A stretch of 64,000 nt of DNA from Mytilus trossulus (taxonomy: Eukaryota): the NCBI RefSeq assembly GCF_036588685.1, contig NC_086380.1, positions 33,594,313-33,658,312 of the forward strand. Reading direction: 5' to 3'. Both the position numbers and the translations under genes were made by a program. The notes beneath the pieces are model-generated. The model searched no databases, was not told where the DNA came from, and saw only the letters and a list, made by a program, of their open reading frames with translations. The stretch's first letter is position 1. Each line of letters opens with the position of its first letter. Shown here piece by piece: positions 52,536 through 64,000 of this stretch.

Positions 52536-52900
52536 CTGCAAGATAACAACATACATGTTCATGCTGTCTAATACGTTGTACGTTATTTAAAATGTGATTT
52601 ATTATGGAAAAAATCACTTTAAGGACTAGTAAACTGTTTAATTCAATAAATCTGCATGTTCGTTTTTACAATTATAGTATTTATGCATGTGTATTTAACG
52701 TCTTTATGATACTGTAGTAGCTGATTTGTTTTTTCTTTCACAAATTACCATGCAAAGTATGTTTTAAAAATTCAAGAGTTCAAACTATCACATCCACAAT
52801 CAAAACCCTGAAACATGTACTGACAGATCAAAGATCTATTTTGAACCCGTATTTCACCCTATTAAATCATATCATATCAACTGAATGAAATTATATTTAC

Positions 52901-53251
52901 CTTATCTGTTAGAACATAGGCGTTGACAACATCTACAACTTCTTCATAGGCTCCTGGGAGGTAAGCTCCGGTCTTCTTCACCAGCCATTCCTCGCCAGTT
53001 ACCCTAGCAACACCTTGTCTGTCAATGGTCTCCTTCCTGGCCCTCAATCTTATGGCCTGGTTAGGTCTAATGACTGTGGCCCTGACAGTCTCCTCAACAA
53101 CAACCTCCTTCCTTGGGATATATGTTCCTGGTCCTTCAAAAAGCCACTCATCCCCAGCTGTTCTCTTTTCCTCATCATCATCTTCAAAGTCTAGAATAGA
53201 TCTCAGACGAAGAGCTGAGTTAGCTGCAACCACTTTCAGGGCGGTTACAAC
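52901..53251 (-). CDS. MVP: MVP-B exon 3 ([49 protein letters not shown]…NAYVLTDK)
   Basis: ORF-track 52877-53233. Acceptor gtttatag, donor gtaaat. Confidence 0.9.
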
Positions 53252-53269
53252 CTATAAACAAAGGAGAAA

Positions 53270-55610
53270 ATCTAGTCTGCTGCTACCAATTTCAAAGATT
53301 GCAACCTTTAAACCAAAAGGGTGAAAATCAATTAAAATCTACCATTTTCAACGGTGGTACACCTTTAATCAACAAGCGAGAGAATTAAATCAGCTGCTAC
53401 CACTTTCATGGGGAGGGGGGTTACAACTAATAAATAACAAGGGAGATAGCCAAATCAGCTGCTACTACCTTTATAGGGTAAAACTAATTAACAACAAGGG
53501 AGGAAATCAAATCAGCTGCTACCACTGTGAGAGGAGGGTTACAACCAATACAGAACACTTGAAATGAGAAAATCAATTCAGCAGCTGCCACTTTTAGGGG
53601 AGCTACAACCAACAAACAACAAGGGAGATAACCAAATCAGCTGCTACCATAGGCAGGGGTGGGTTACAACCAATACACAACGCTAGAAAGGAGATAACTA
53701 ACCAGCTGCTACTACAGTCAGGGGAGGGTTACAACCAACAAACAAGGGAGATAACCAAATCAGCTGCTACTACAGTCGGGGTAGGGTTACAACCAACAAA
53801 CAAGGGAGATAACCAAATCAGCTGCTACTACAGTCAGGGGAGGGTTACAACCAACAAACAAGGGAGATAACCAAATCAGCTGTTACTACAGTCGGGGGAG
53901 GGTTACAACCAACAAACAAGGGAGATAACCAAATCAGCTGTTACTACAGTCAGGAGAGAGTTACACCCAACAAACAAGGGAGATAACCAAACCAGCTGCT
54001 ACTACTGTCAGGGGAGAGTTACAACCAACAAACAAGGGAGATAACCAAATCAGCTGCTACTACAGTCAGGGGTGAGTTACAACCACCAAACAAGGTAGAT
54101 AACCAAACCAGCTGCTACTTCAGTCGGGGGAGAGTTACAACCAACAAACAAGGGAGATAACCAAACCAGCTGCTACTACTGTCGGGGGAGAGTTACAACC
54201 AACAAACAAGGGAGATAACCAAATCAGCTGCTACTACAGTCGGGGGAGGGTTACAACCAACAAACAAGGAAGATAACCAAACCAGCTGCTACTACAGTCA
54301 GGGGTGAGTTACAACCACCAAACAAGGTAGATAACCAAACCAGCTGCTACTTCAGTCGGGGGAGAGTTACAACCAACAAACAAGGGAGATAACCAAACCA
54401 GCTGCTACTACTGTCGGGGGAGAGTTACAACCAACAAACAAGGGAGATAACCAAATCAGCTGCTACTACAGTCGGGGGAGGGTTACAACCAACAAACAAG
54501 GAAGATAACCAAACCAGCTGCTACTACAGTCAGGGGTGAGTTACAACCAACAAACAAGGGAGATAACCAAAGCAGCTGCTACTACTGTCGGGGGGAGAGT
54601 TACAACCAACAAACAAGGGAGATAACCAAATCAGCTGTTACTACAGTCAGGGGAGAGTTACAACCAACAAACAAGGGAGATAACCAAATCAGCTGCTACT
54701 ACAGTCAGGGGAGGGTTACAACCAACAAACAAGGGAGATAACTAAACCAGCTGCTACTACAGTCAGGGGTGAGTTACAACCAACAAACAAGGAAGATAAC
54801 CAAACCAGCTGCTACTACTGTCAGGGGAGAGTTACAACCAACAAACAAGGGAGATAACCAAAACAGCTGCTACTACAGTCGGGGTAGGGTTACAACCAAC
54901 AAACAAGGGAGATAACCAAATCAGCTGCTACTACTGTCAGGGGTGAGTTACAACCAACAAACAAGGGAGATAACCAAATCAGCTGCTACTACAGTCAGGG
55001 GTGAGTTACAACCAACAAACAAGGGAGATAACCAAACCAGCTGCTACTACAGTCGGGGGAGAGTTACAACCAACAAACAAGGGAAATAACCAAATCATCT
55101 GCTACTACTGTCGGGGGAGGGTTACAACCAACAAACAAGGGAGATAACCAAATCAGCTGCTACTACAGTCAGGGGAGAGTTACAACCAACAAACAAGTGA
55201 GACAACCAAATCAGCTGCTACTACTGTCAGGGGAGGGTTACAACCAACAAACAAGGCTGAAAACCAAATCAGCTGATACTACTGTCAGTGGAGGGTTACA
55301 ACCAACAAACAAGGCTGAAAACCAAATCAGCTGCTACTACTGTCAGGGGAGGGTTACAACCAACAAACAAGGCTGAAAACCAAATCAGCTGATACTACTG
55401 TCAGGGGAGGGTTACAACCAACAAACAAGGCTGAAAACCAAATCAGCTGATACTACTGTCAGGGGGTGGGGTGACAAACAAAAAAACAACACTTGAAACG
55501 AGATAATCAAATCAGCTGCTGCCACTTTTATGGGAGCTACAAACTTCAAACAACGATGGAGGAAATCAAATCAGCTTCTGCCACTTAAAACGAATATACC
55601 AGCCGTGGAG
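53270..55610. repeat. Satellite array of ~58-bp monomers (caaatcagctgctactacagtcaggggagggttacaaccaacaaacaagggagataac), ~38 copies filling MVP-B intron 2. Homogenised core at 53700-55450, degenerate edges.
   Basis: Direct reading of the tandem periodicity. Monomer variants GGGGAGGG, GGGGTGAG and GGGGAGAG alternate. Edge units become progressively divergent towards exon 3'. Confidence 0.9.
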
Positions 55611-55946
55611 GTGGTATCATTGAAAGTCAATCAGAGATCAATGTAACAAATGTTTTCCTTTACTTCATTATGTTTTATTGCAAATATTACTATTATAACA
55701 CGCAACCGATGAGCTGTAACACTTAAGGTAATAATGCATATAAACTTCTTAACCCTGATCACTTATATATTACTGGGTTTACTGGTTAGATGCTCACGAT
55801 TACTATTGGGGGAAACCGTGCCCAAAAGCTTAAATTAAAACAACTCATCTATTTTCGACAAGTAATAATACATTTTATTTATTGTAACCACTAAGTGCAG
55901 TTAATTGCTATATCAAAACTTGGACCTGTAACCACGAACATCATAC

Positions 55947-56142
55947 CTGTTTCAGTATTTCCCCGGGGTACAGTGGGAAAGGATCCTGTGCCAATCTAAT
56001 TTCATGGTCAGCATGTACAAGTTTGGCCTGTCCACTTTCGTCAAAGACAACTTTACATTCTTTGTCTTTCAGTACCGGGTTTTCTACGATACAATAATGC
56101 CTTGGGGGTACTGTGATCATACGCTCTGGTCCATATACAACT
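55947..56142 (-). CDS. MVP: MVP-B exon 2 ((K)[65 protein letters not shown])
   Basis: ORF-track 55941-56162. Acceptor ttaacatttacag. Confidence 0.9.
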
Positions 56143-56566
56143 CTGTAAATGTTAATACGCAAAATTTGTATCCAGCTAGCAAAATTTGTATCCAGCTAAT
56201 TACGGTATACATAGACTTTTAAAAAATTATAACCTGATTAATATTGAGTTGAACTTGGTCTGGCCTATCTGACAAATGAAATGCAAGAAAATCTTGTCAA
56301 TCCAAAACCTTGTTACTAGTATTAGATTAAGTTGTTAATTCTATGATACAAAATAAAAAAAAAATAGTTTCATATAACATTGGGTAATTTTTCCTTCAAG
56401 TGAACTTTCTCCTTTTGGTGCAAAAAAATATCCATGAAACTCTTTTTCTTTTAAAGGTCGTTCTTCCGATAGAATAAAAACACTAGTGTGAGGGGGGATA
56501 TCCACTATGACAATTAGCTGAGCAGACATTCTACTCACGAAATAAATATGCTATAGTTATACTTAC

Positions 56567-56703
56567 TTTTCATTGTCTTGTCTGACAAATGTCTGTGGAC
56601 CAATCTCAAGTCTTGTTACATTGAGGTTCTGGTCTAGAACATGGAGGTAAAAATAAGGAGGGATTCTGTATATTGATTCGTCTCCCCGTCTTGATGTCGA
56701 CAT
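56567..56703 (-). CDS. MVP: MVP-B exon 1 ([45 protein letters not shown], phase 2)
   Basis: ATG (cat on the + strand) at 56701-56703. Donor gtaagt is the reverse complement of acttac at 56561-56566. Confidence 0.8.
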
Positions 56704-57454
56704 GGTGGATGAGTATCTGTTTAGCTCTGCAATAATACAAGTTCATTTTAAATTGTTGATTTGAAACCCTCATTTCCTGGAACAAAGTCTTGTTAACTGC
56801 TAAGCAAAAAAGTACATGTCTGCTTAGTAGTATAGTGTGTCGCTTATTAAAAAAACCGTTTTTTATAAATATTTCCTCTATAACAGTCAATACATATAAA
56901 GTTCGTCTCATCGTTCTATTATAAAGTCATATTACCAACTTTGAATATCTAATAATATTATAGATATACATTTTACGGTCCTGGTACGATTTCAAGAATA
57001 CAGTGTGATTGCATGGATTCTTCTCCTCTTAATGATGTAAATTTCTCTGTTTTGTGGTGGTTTGTTTTCTTTCTGGTCTTTAGGGGAGGTAAAGAAGCTC
57101 TTAACTGTAAAATGCAGTTAGATTCCGTAACGTATGTTACCGAGTGTAACGGATTTATCAATTTCAAAAATGCATAACGAGCAAAATGTTCTGGTCTGAC
57201 ATAGTACATTTATTTCGTGGGTGTGTCCTTTAAAGTTGGGACCAATTTGTAATGAGTTATAATAACACGTTTAGGATATAATAGCCCAAATGGATTATAA
57301 ATCTATAGTGCAAACAATCTTATTTATTTTTAGTTTCAGGAAAATATTCTTAAGGTCAATTGTTCAAACAATTTATGACAAACTTTGGTAAACAGGTTTT
57401 TCGAACACAAAATAAAGTACTAGTTTGATCCCCCCTAAAACCATCCTTATACCA

Positions 57455-57625
57455 ATGAATCCAGGGGCAGATGCAGGAATTTTCGAAAGGGGGGTGCTAA
57501 CCCAGGGCAAAAGGGGGGGGGGGGGGGTGCAAAACATATGTCCCGATACAAATGCATTGATCGGCAAAAATAAAGGGGGGGTGCGCACCCCCGAAACCCC
57601 CCCTCTGGATCCGCCACTGGAATCA
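57455..57625. mobile_element. CAGTGGCGGATCC-TIR MITE, copy 3 (contains G16 and C/G homopolymers)
   Basis: …atgcattgatcgg…tctggatccgccactgg, related to 6049-6213. Confidence 0.45.
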
Positions 57626-60600
57626 ATCTCGATTACAATCCGGAATCCAAAAAAGTTTTTAACCTGTTAAGCCTCAATTGCAATTTATAGTGGCAGTTTC
57701 CTTTAAATTCCACTATTAAGATGTTTGCACAGTAAATTCACATGCCATTTAGATTGATTGATTGTTGATTGCATATCGTCCAGTGAAAGATAGTTCATGC
57801 ACGTTCTGTCCATGAAGCCGGTTTAAAATAGATATTTGATTTGTGAAATTGAAGGTTTATTGGGAGTTTTCATTGTTAAATGTGCATTGATAGGTTGTCG
57901 GATATAAGGAAATAAACTATTTAATTGAATGAAGGAAGGAAGACGTGTCTTTAGAACCCATTTAGTTATAGTGCGGTGACAGAAGTGTAAAAAGTCGTCT
58001 AGATCGCGAGTTTAATCTCCCCAAATAACACACGGCTAAAAATGGTCTTAACTTAAAGACAAATATGTCTTCTTAAGTTTTTGCCCTGTCGTCAGAATTT
58101 CGTACGGTCACATTTTTCTAAAAAGTCGTTTTAATGACTAGTAGTATATTGGAGAGTTTCAACCCCCCTTTTTCAAAATGAAAAATTGTGTATGTTCACT
58201 TACATTTAACTGAATTAGTTTTTCCTGAAGCTATTTTCATATATCGAAATATTCTATTTAGTATTTCATTTTCTTATACTCTATAAAATTTGCAAAGTTT
58301 AGACTGTTAAAAATTGAGGTATTTTTAATTGCAAATTCAGACACAAACTTTAGTTTCTTCTTCATAGTAGCAATAAAAATTATTCCATAATATTTTTAGC
58401 ATATAGTATTTCATAAAACTAATCAGTGATAAAAATTTCGGAACCAAAATATGAAAAAAACCTTAAGAAATCAATGGAAAAAGAATGGAATAAAAAACTT
58501 CAATTTCAACACGGAACTTAATCACTTGCCTTCCGTCACATTTTGTATATTAGTCAATAATTTGCTCTCAACTGATATATGATATTACTACCTCTTCGCT
58601 AGTATATACACACATATTTGCACTGATATATGCTACATTCTTTGTTTGTATGTGTTTATATTCTCTGTTTTTTTGTTATAAAACATTAAATATACTTTGT
58701 CAGAAAAGTCTAATTGTTAAATCAAAATAATTGACGGATAGTTTCAGTAAATATTCCGTGATATGTCAAGTATGTTTCAACTTGCTCCATTAAGTCCAAA
58801 GAAAAGACAAAAGTTGTTAAATTGAAAAAATGGACTGAAATTTTGAGTCAATTTCCCAGTATAGGAAAGTCGATTTTTGTATCTGTATTGAATAAAAGAT
58901 TAGATGAGGTGAACATCAAACTGTTTCATGCGAAAGCTGTTAATTTACAGAACTCCGTGCAGGCTGTGTATCATTGTTCATGCTTCAAAAGTTACACAAG
59001 TAAACATATTTGTCCCCCCTTTTAGAGCGAGGAAGCTTCTAATCTGATATCTAATGACGACATACAATTATCGGACTGTTGTCCCTCAGTTTCGGGTATG
59101 TGTACGCGTTCTACAATGCAGTCGTTCAACTGGAGCGCTTGTATATTTTGTTGCAACAAAACATTTTAGAGAGATAAAAAACTACTCAAGTTTGAATCAG
59201 ATGAGCGTATTAAGAATGTTTTAACCGTGTCAGATAAAGTTAAAGTTGAAATAGTTTCCCGTCCATCTTTTAAACTTCTTGAGCACTCTGTCATTTTGGT
59301 TGCATTACAAATTATTTGCTAAAAACGAAAAAAAAGCAGATATATCAGATCACGATACTGCTTTTACTAATTTTATTTTGGCAATTGACAACGATGTAAT
59401 GGTCATTCCTCATGACACCGTTACCAGATAAATATACTACTTAGATCTTTTCTTCCAGCTGATTCTAATTTAAAATATTCTACTTAAAATGCAGTCTTAA
59501 CTCATTGATTTCTATAGAAATTCAGTTGTCAAACAACTTCAACAAGTTCAAGGCAAATATAACAATATTTTGTAGCAAAATAACTATTTGAGATGCCATA
59601 TCAGCTGTTAGTCGATTGAAAACTGAACTCAAAATTTTTATGTCAAATGTAATAGACACAAATAACGGACAGATATGTCATTCCACTGCAAGTATACAAT
59701 AGAAAAGACAGCTCTACAAACTCTACAGAAGTATTCCCAACTTCGGATAAATTGTCTCTTTCTTCTTCAATTCAGTCAATGCCTTCGTCTTTATTGCAAT
59801 TAATTTTATGGTAACTCGATGAAACTGCATAGCCAAGACTATTCTCAGGAAATGGCATCACAGAAATTGCGTAATTGCTTAAGCAATTGTTGGGTCAACC
59901 GTTTGTGTGACCATTTTTTTTTTTAATCCTTTTCACTTAGGATTGGCTTTACAAATGTACCATGATTTTGGTTGGAAACACCTTGTTGAAATATTGAATG
60001 CCAATGGATTTTATGCTTCTTAAAGTAGAGTGCGACGCTACATCTAATGTGTTGCCAACCATGAAATTGAGCGAAATCAAGATAGTGTGTATGTCTCATG
60101 CATAATGTTTCCCCATCATCTTTGCAGACAAGCGTATGGATGTCATCTTAACCCCATTTTAGATCTCTGTTAAATCTTCAAAGTTGGATGAATTGAAAGG
60201 GATGGTTTGAAGCTGGTATTTCTTTGGGAACAAATGTCTTCGGACTTCCTTCAATACCTTTTCTGTACTTGTAAAGAAAAACTCAAAATAACGTGTTTGC
60301 TTTGAGCAGAACCTTTCATGTGCATACCTGTGGCCATGAGTGAAATGTATAGAAATATTAAAAACATGTCTTGTGACGTTTGGTGAAAATGAAGATGATG
60401 GAGATAACGGTTGATTAGGTACAGAGCTTGTTGAACTTAAACACACGGTCCCAGCCCCCGGGTTTGGGGAGTGTTGGCGTGCCCTTAAAAAAGTAAAACC
60501 CCGCCACATTCTGTTTGTGTCTGTTTCAAGTCACGAGACGGTAATGCATTGTTTGTCGTATGTTTCTATATACTATATTTTTTTGTTTCCTATTCATTTT

Positions 60601-63600
60601 GTACATCAATCAGGTCGAGAGATTTTTCGTTTGTTTTACAATATTCATTTCGTGAATTGAAGACTATGCAGTATAAATTTTACTCATTGTTGAAGCCCGT
60701 ACTGGACGTATTGGTAATTTATGTCTCATTTGGAGGGTTGCCTCAATTGCAATCATATCACATCTTCTTTTTTTATATGGAATACTTTTGAAGTTTGTGG
60801 TACGTTGCAAGGAAAAAAAAGGGGGGATATAGGTACAAAACTTATAATGTAATAGATATTAACCAGAGTAAAATACGCAACAACAGATAAAACTATATGG
60901 AAGCAGTAATAATAGTGAAAAAAACAACCAAAAGCAACGAAAACCTGAAGTATCCGCAATTCAATTTGAGGTCATATTTGACTGTAGTGTTCTATTGCTT
61001 TGATTTGATACCTCACCCAATATGATAGTTTAAAAAATTATTTTAAAGTATTGTCCTGCATGACACTTGATTTTTACCTGAAATTGAAATTTTTCAAAAG
61101 GTTAAGGTGCTCTAAACATTTTATAGGTTGAAAACTAATTTTTGAAGTTTTGTTTATAAAACATCGTTTTAGGACTTTTTTGATAAAATAAATCTTAATG
61201 ATTTAAAGGTTTATGTATAATAACAAACATTAATAAAGCCAAAACAGTATCGTTTGTATTTACGTAGAGTTTAGAAATAGAAAAAAATGTCAAAATTGAA
61301 ACCCTCCCAAATTTTAACAGATTTTCACATATGACCTTTGACCTCAATTTAAAAAAATTGTGACCATACCAAGTCCTGACGACAGGCATATTACTATAGT
61401 AAACGATTTCCTCTTTCCAATGATATATTATATAGGTGTGTGTTCGGTGGGGAGATTAAATTCAAAAAAATCTACCTTCAGTCACCGCACTATTATAAGG
61501 ATGGCTTGTGAGTGGCGTGATTAAATGTATATTTACAAAATGTCAGAAAATTAATCAAAATAGAAGTTATTGCACAACACAAAATGACGTCTCACCGATA
61601 GTGTGTGTCAAAACAAGTTGATTGAATATTACTAAGCAAAAATTAAGTAAATATGAAGACTCGTCGCAATTCTACAATAATACAATTTTCTTAATATGTA
61701 TTTACATATTTACATTTACACCTTAGTAATTCTTCGCCTACATATACATGTATCATATTTATAATAATAAGATTGTACTTACCTTATTTATTTAATTTAC
61801 TGCTTGCAACTTAAAACAAGATCTAAATATAGGAATGACCGACAAATTTATATTCTTACCTGGATAAAAAAAAATTGCTGACGGTATTGGCTTTACCCTA
61901 ACTATGTTGGTTGGATACAAGCCAAACAATTAGATTAATATAAATGTATTAATATACGTGTTCATAATCACTCAGGTGTTTAATTGTTTACATTTAAAGT
62001 ACTTTCAAATTTTATATTTTTCACATTGTTTAAACGAGGAAGATGTGTTGGTTCTGCAGCGATTTAAAAGATACATCAAATGTACCTGTTTAACATAACT
62101 GGAAAGTAAAACGTAGATCTATAGAACTTATTTATAAAAGTCCAACAAAATATATTTTTCAACGTACCTTATTTAGACAAATGACTTGTGTACCCGGTCA
62201 TGTTCAGGCATGACTAAATAAATGTTCTAAATCTTATAAATTCCCTTACATTGTCTTGCATGCCCTTTTTCCCGATCAGCTTATACTCTACATTTTTAGC
62301 AAACCACCCTGGGACCTAATATATCATGCTACCCAGCACCACCCTTAACAAGAGGTTTACTGAAGAAAATGTCACAGTGAACGTGTACACAACATTTCAA
62401 AATACATACATTAATGATTTGTACAATATATCAATAATTTTAAATCAGATAGTCTGCTGATCTTCCGCACTGAATTATTTATCTAGTACAAAAATGTTTA
62501 TGTCGATAGGTTTATATATTTATCTTATTACATGTAGATAATGTACACATCTATAATCATTCAATAAGATGAGAAAGTAGCAAATGAAATATAATACAAT
62601 AATAAATTATTACTAGAACTAAACCTTACCTTTCCTATGAGCAGCTGCACGAAGAATAAAGTCTTAAAAAATCTCAATTAATTAAATGTTGACCGAGATT
62701 TGCTGACTCTTGGAGTGGTGCAATCGAAAGAAATAAAGTAAAGGCTAAAAATAGAAACTGGGGATTTCACAACCGGATACTATATATATGCGTCACAATG
62801 TTCTACATATATTATTATTTCAAATGTGAGTTGTGTGTAAACAGTCCTGGGACGAAATATTCAGTGTGAGATACAAGTGGAATTTACTATTTATTTCCTG
62901 CGGTGCCTTCACAGCCTTAACTATTTGTGAAGCATAACTTTTTTCAAATGTTATGCTAAAGTGTGGCCGGGATGTTTGCTTCAAAAGTTTACTATCCAAA
63001 TTGAATTTTTCTCATGTATAAGAAAATCAAAAACTTTATTTACAAAACAACAATGAAGCTTCAATTTCAAATCATTGAAAATATTTTTTCATTAATGCAA
63101 AACAGAGGTGGAAGTTAAATTTCATTTCATCATATTGTGTTCACAGCTCACTGTAAACTCTAGTTTAAAGAATGAAAAACTTTTAAAAAATGTCTTATAT
63201 ACTCTAGGTTTAATGCACTACCTAGTGTGACTGTCAAGCTATCAAGCAGTTCTCATCCCGCAATTTTCTTCCTAACAGATCCGGCAATTGCGTTTGGAAA
63301 ACTACTTGAACGACAATTCTATTTTATTTTCATAATCATAGTGTTTGACTATTTTTGTTGAAACATTGTGAAAAAACGACCTATATATAGAAAATTAATG
63401 ATTTGCATAACCCATACCAAATTTCTAACTTTAGTTTAGATATTTTATCTCATATTTTCGGTTTCGTAACTAAACGTTTGTTTATGTAGTTCATTAGTGT
63501 TTCTCGTTTCTCGTTTCTCGGTTTTTTTATATCGATTAGACCTTTGGTTTTCCCGTTAGAATGTTTTTTCTTTAAAAAAAAATCAAATTGTGACTTGGAT

Positions 63601-64000
63601 GGAGAGTTTTCTCATTGGCACTCATACCACATTTTCTTATATCTAATCATACAAATTGTCTGACTGTTCAGGAAATCTTGAATCCAAAATAAACCCTTTG
63701 ATAAACAAAGTGCATGTATAGCTCATATAATGATAATAATAAGGACGTTTCATTTATGTACATATCAAATCAAACACATTCAATATAAAGTGCAACAAAT
63801 CTTTTTTTCAAAATATCAAATACTTTTAGGTTCGTGTTCTTTCTTAATACTTCTGCAAAAGCCTTCTCTTACGCCTTCGTACCTCATATACATGTACCGC
63901 CGTACCTCGTCTTTCATTGTTCTGCGAATAGGAATTTCTGTATATATACAATAAACATAAATGTCAGTCTTTGGTTGTCCGTGCAAACGATGAACAAGTT

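Larger units (their letters stand above)
42528..56703 (-). other. MVP: Major vault protein gene, paralog B. Complete CDS of 12 coding exons, 859 aa. Convergent (tail-to-tail) with paralog A.
   Basis: The same 12-exon structure and identical splice phases as paralog A. Exon lengths sum to 2580 = 3x860. Coding identity to A is roughly 93-95% at the nucleotide level where I compared by eye (exons 11 and 12). Confidence 0.9.

Noticed and set aside
53270-55610. CRISPR array
   Set aside because: The sequence is eukaryotic. The units are contiguous 58-bp monomers with no unique spacers, and no cas genes are present. It is a satellite.
16839-56703. Interpreting the two MVP copies as haplotype duplicates (assembly artefact)
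   Set aside because: This cannot be excluded from sequence alone. I did not accept it because the copies are inverted, differ several-fold in intron lengths, and carry different repeat insertions (the 58-bp satellite only in B; the Harbinger-like element and CpG-rich patch only in A). That pattern looks like true paralogy. It is listed as the main refutation route for finding 1.

Overview
This window is AT-rich metazoan nuclear DNA with spliced genes, long introns and dense interspersed and tandem repeats. It is most consistent with a bivalve mollusc genome, but that is an inference from gene content and repeat style, not a database hit. It is not prokaryotic, so operon, defence-system and CRISPR interpretations do not apply.

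Three protein-coding loci can be read directly from the sequence.

1. The 3' end of a cytochrome P450 gene (+ strand, ~99-3731, four terminal exons). It has the CYP4-type heme signature FSAGPRNCIG, a PERF motif and a K-helix. The gene starts upstream of the window.
2. An apparently intronless coiled-coil ORF of 268 aa (- strand, 6708-7514).
3. Two complete paralogous major vault protein (MVP) genes arranged tail-to-tail. MVP-A is on the + strand (ATG 16839 to stop 31989). MVP-B is on the - strand (ATG 56703 to stop 42528). Each has 12 coding exons. The exon lengths sum to 2577 nt and 2580 nt, both divisible by 3, giving 858 and 859 aa. All splice phases are conserved between the two copies, while intron lengths differ greatly.

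The remaining sequence is mostly repeat. Its main components are:
- a ~2 kb composite TIR-bounded element that carries internal satellites and a (GTC)n tract, present in three copies;
- a 2.3 kb satellite of 58-bp monomers in intron 2 of MVP-B, whose monomer is visibly derived from the intron 2 / exon 3 acceptor junction of MVP itself;
- a near-perfect 362-bp palindrome;
- a perfectly identical 576-bp tandem triplication;
- a cluster of tRNA-derived SINE-like units;
- several MITEs, two of them with Harbinger-like TTA / GG(G)CC ends;
- a recurrent SINE-like head motif.

All exon coordinates were derived by hand; treat boundaries as +/-2 nt.
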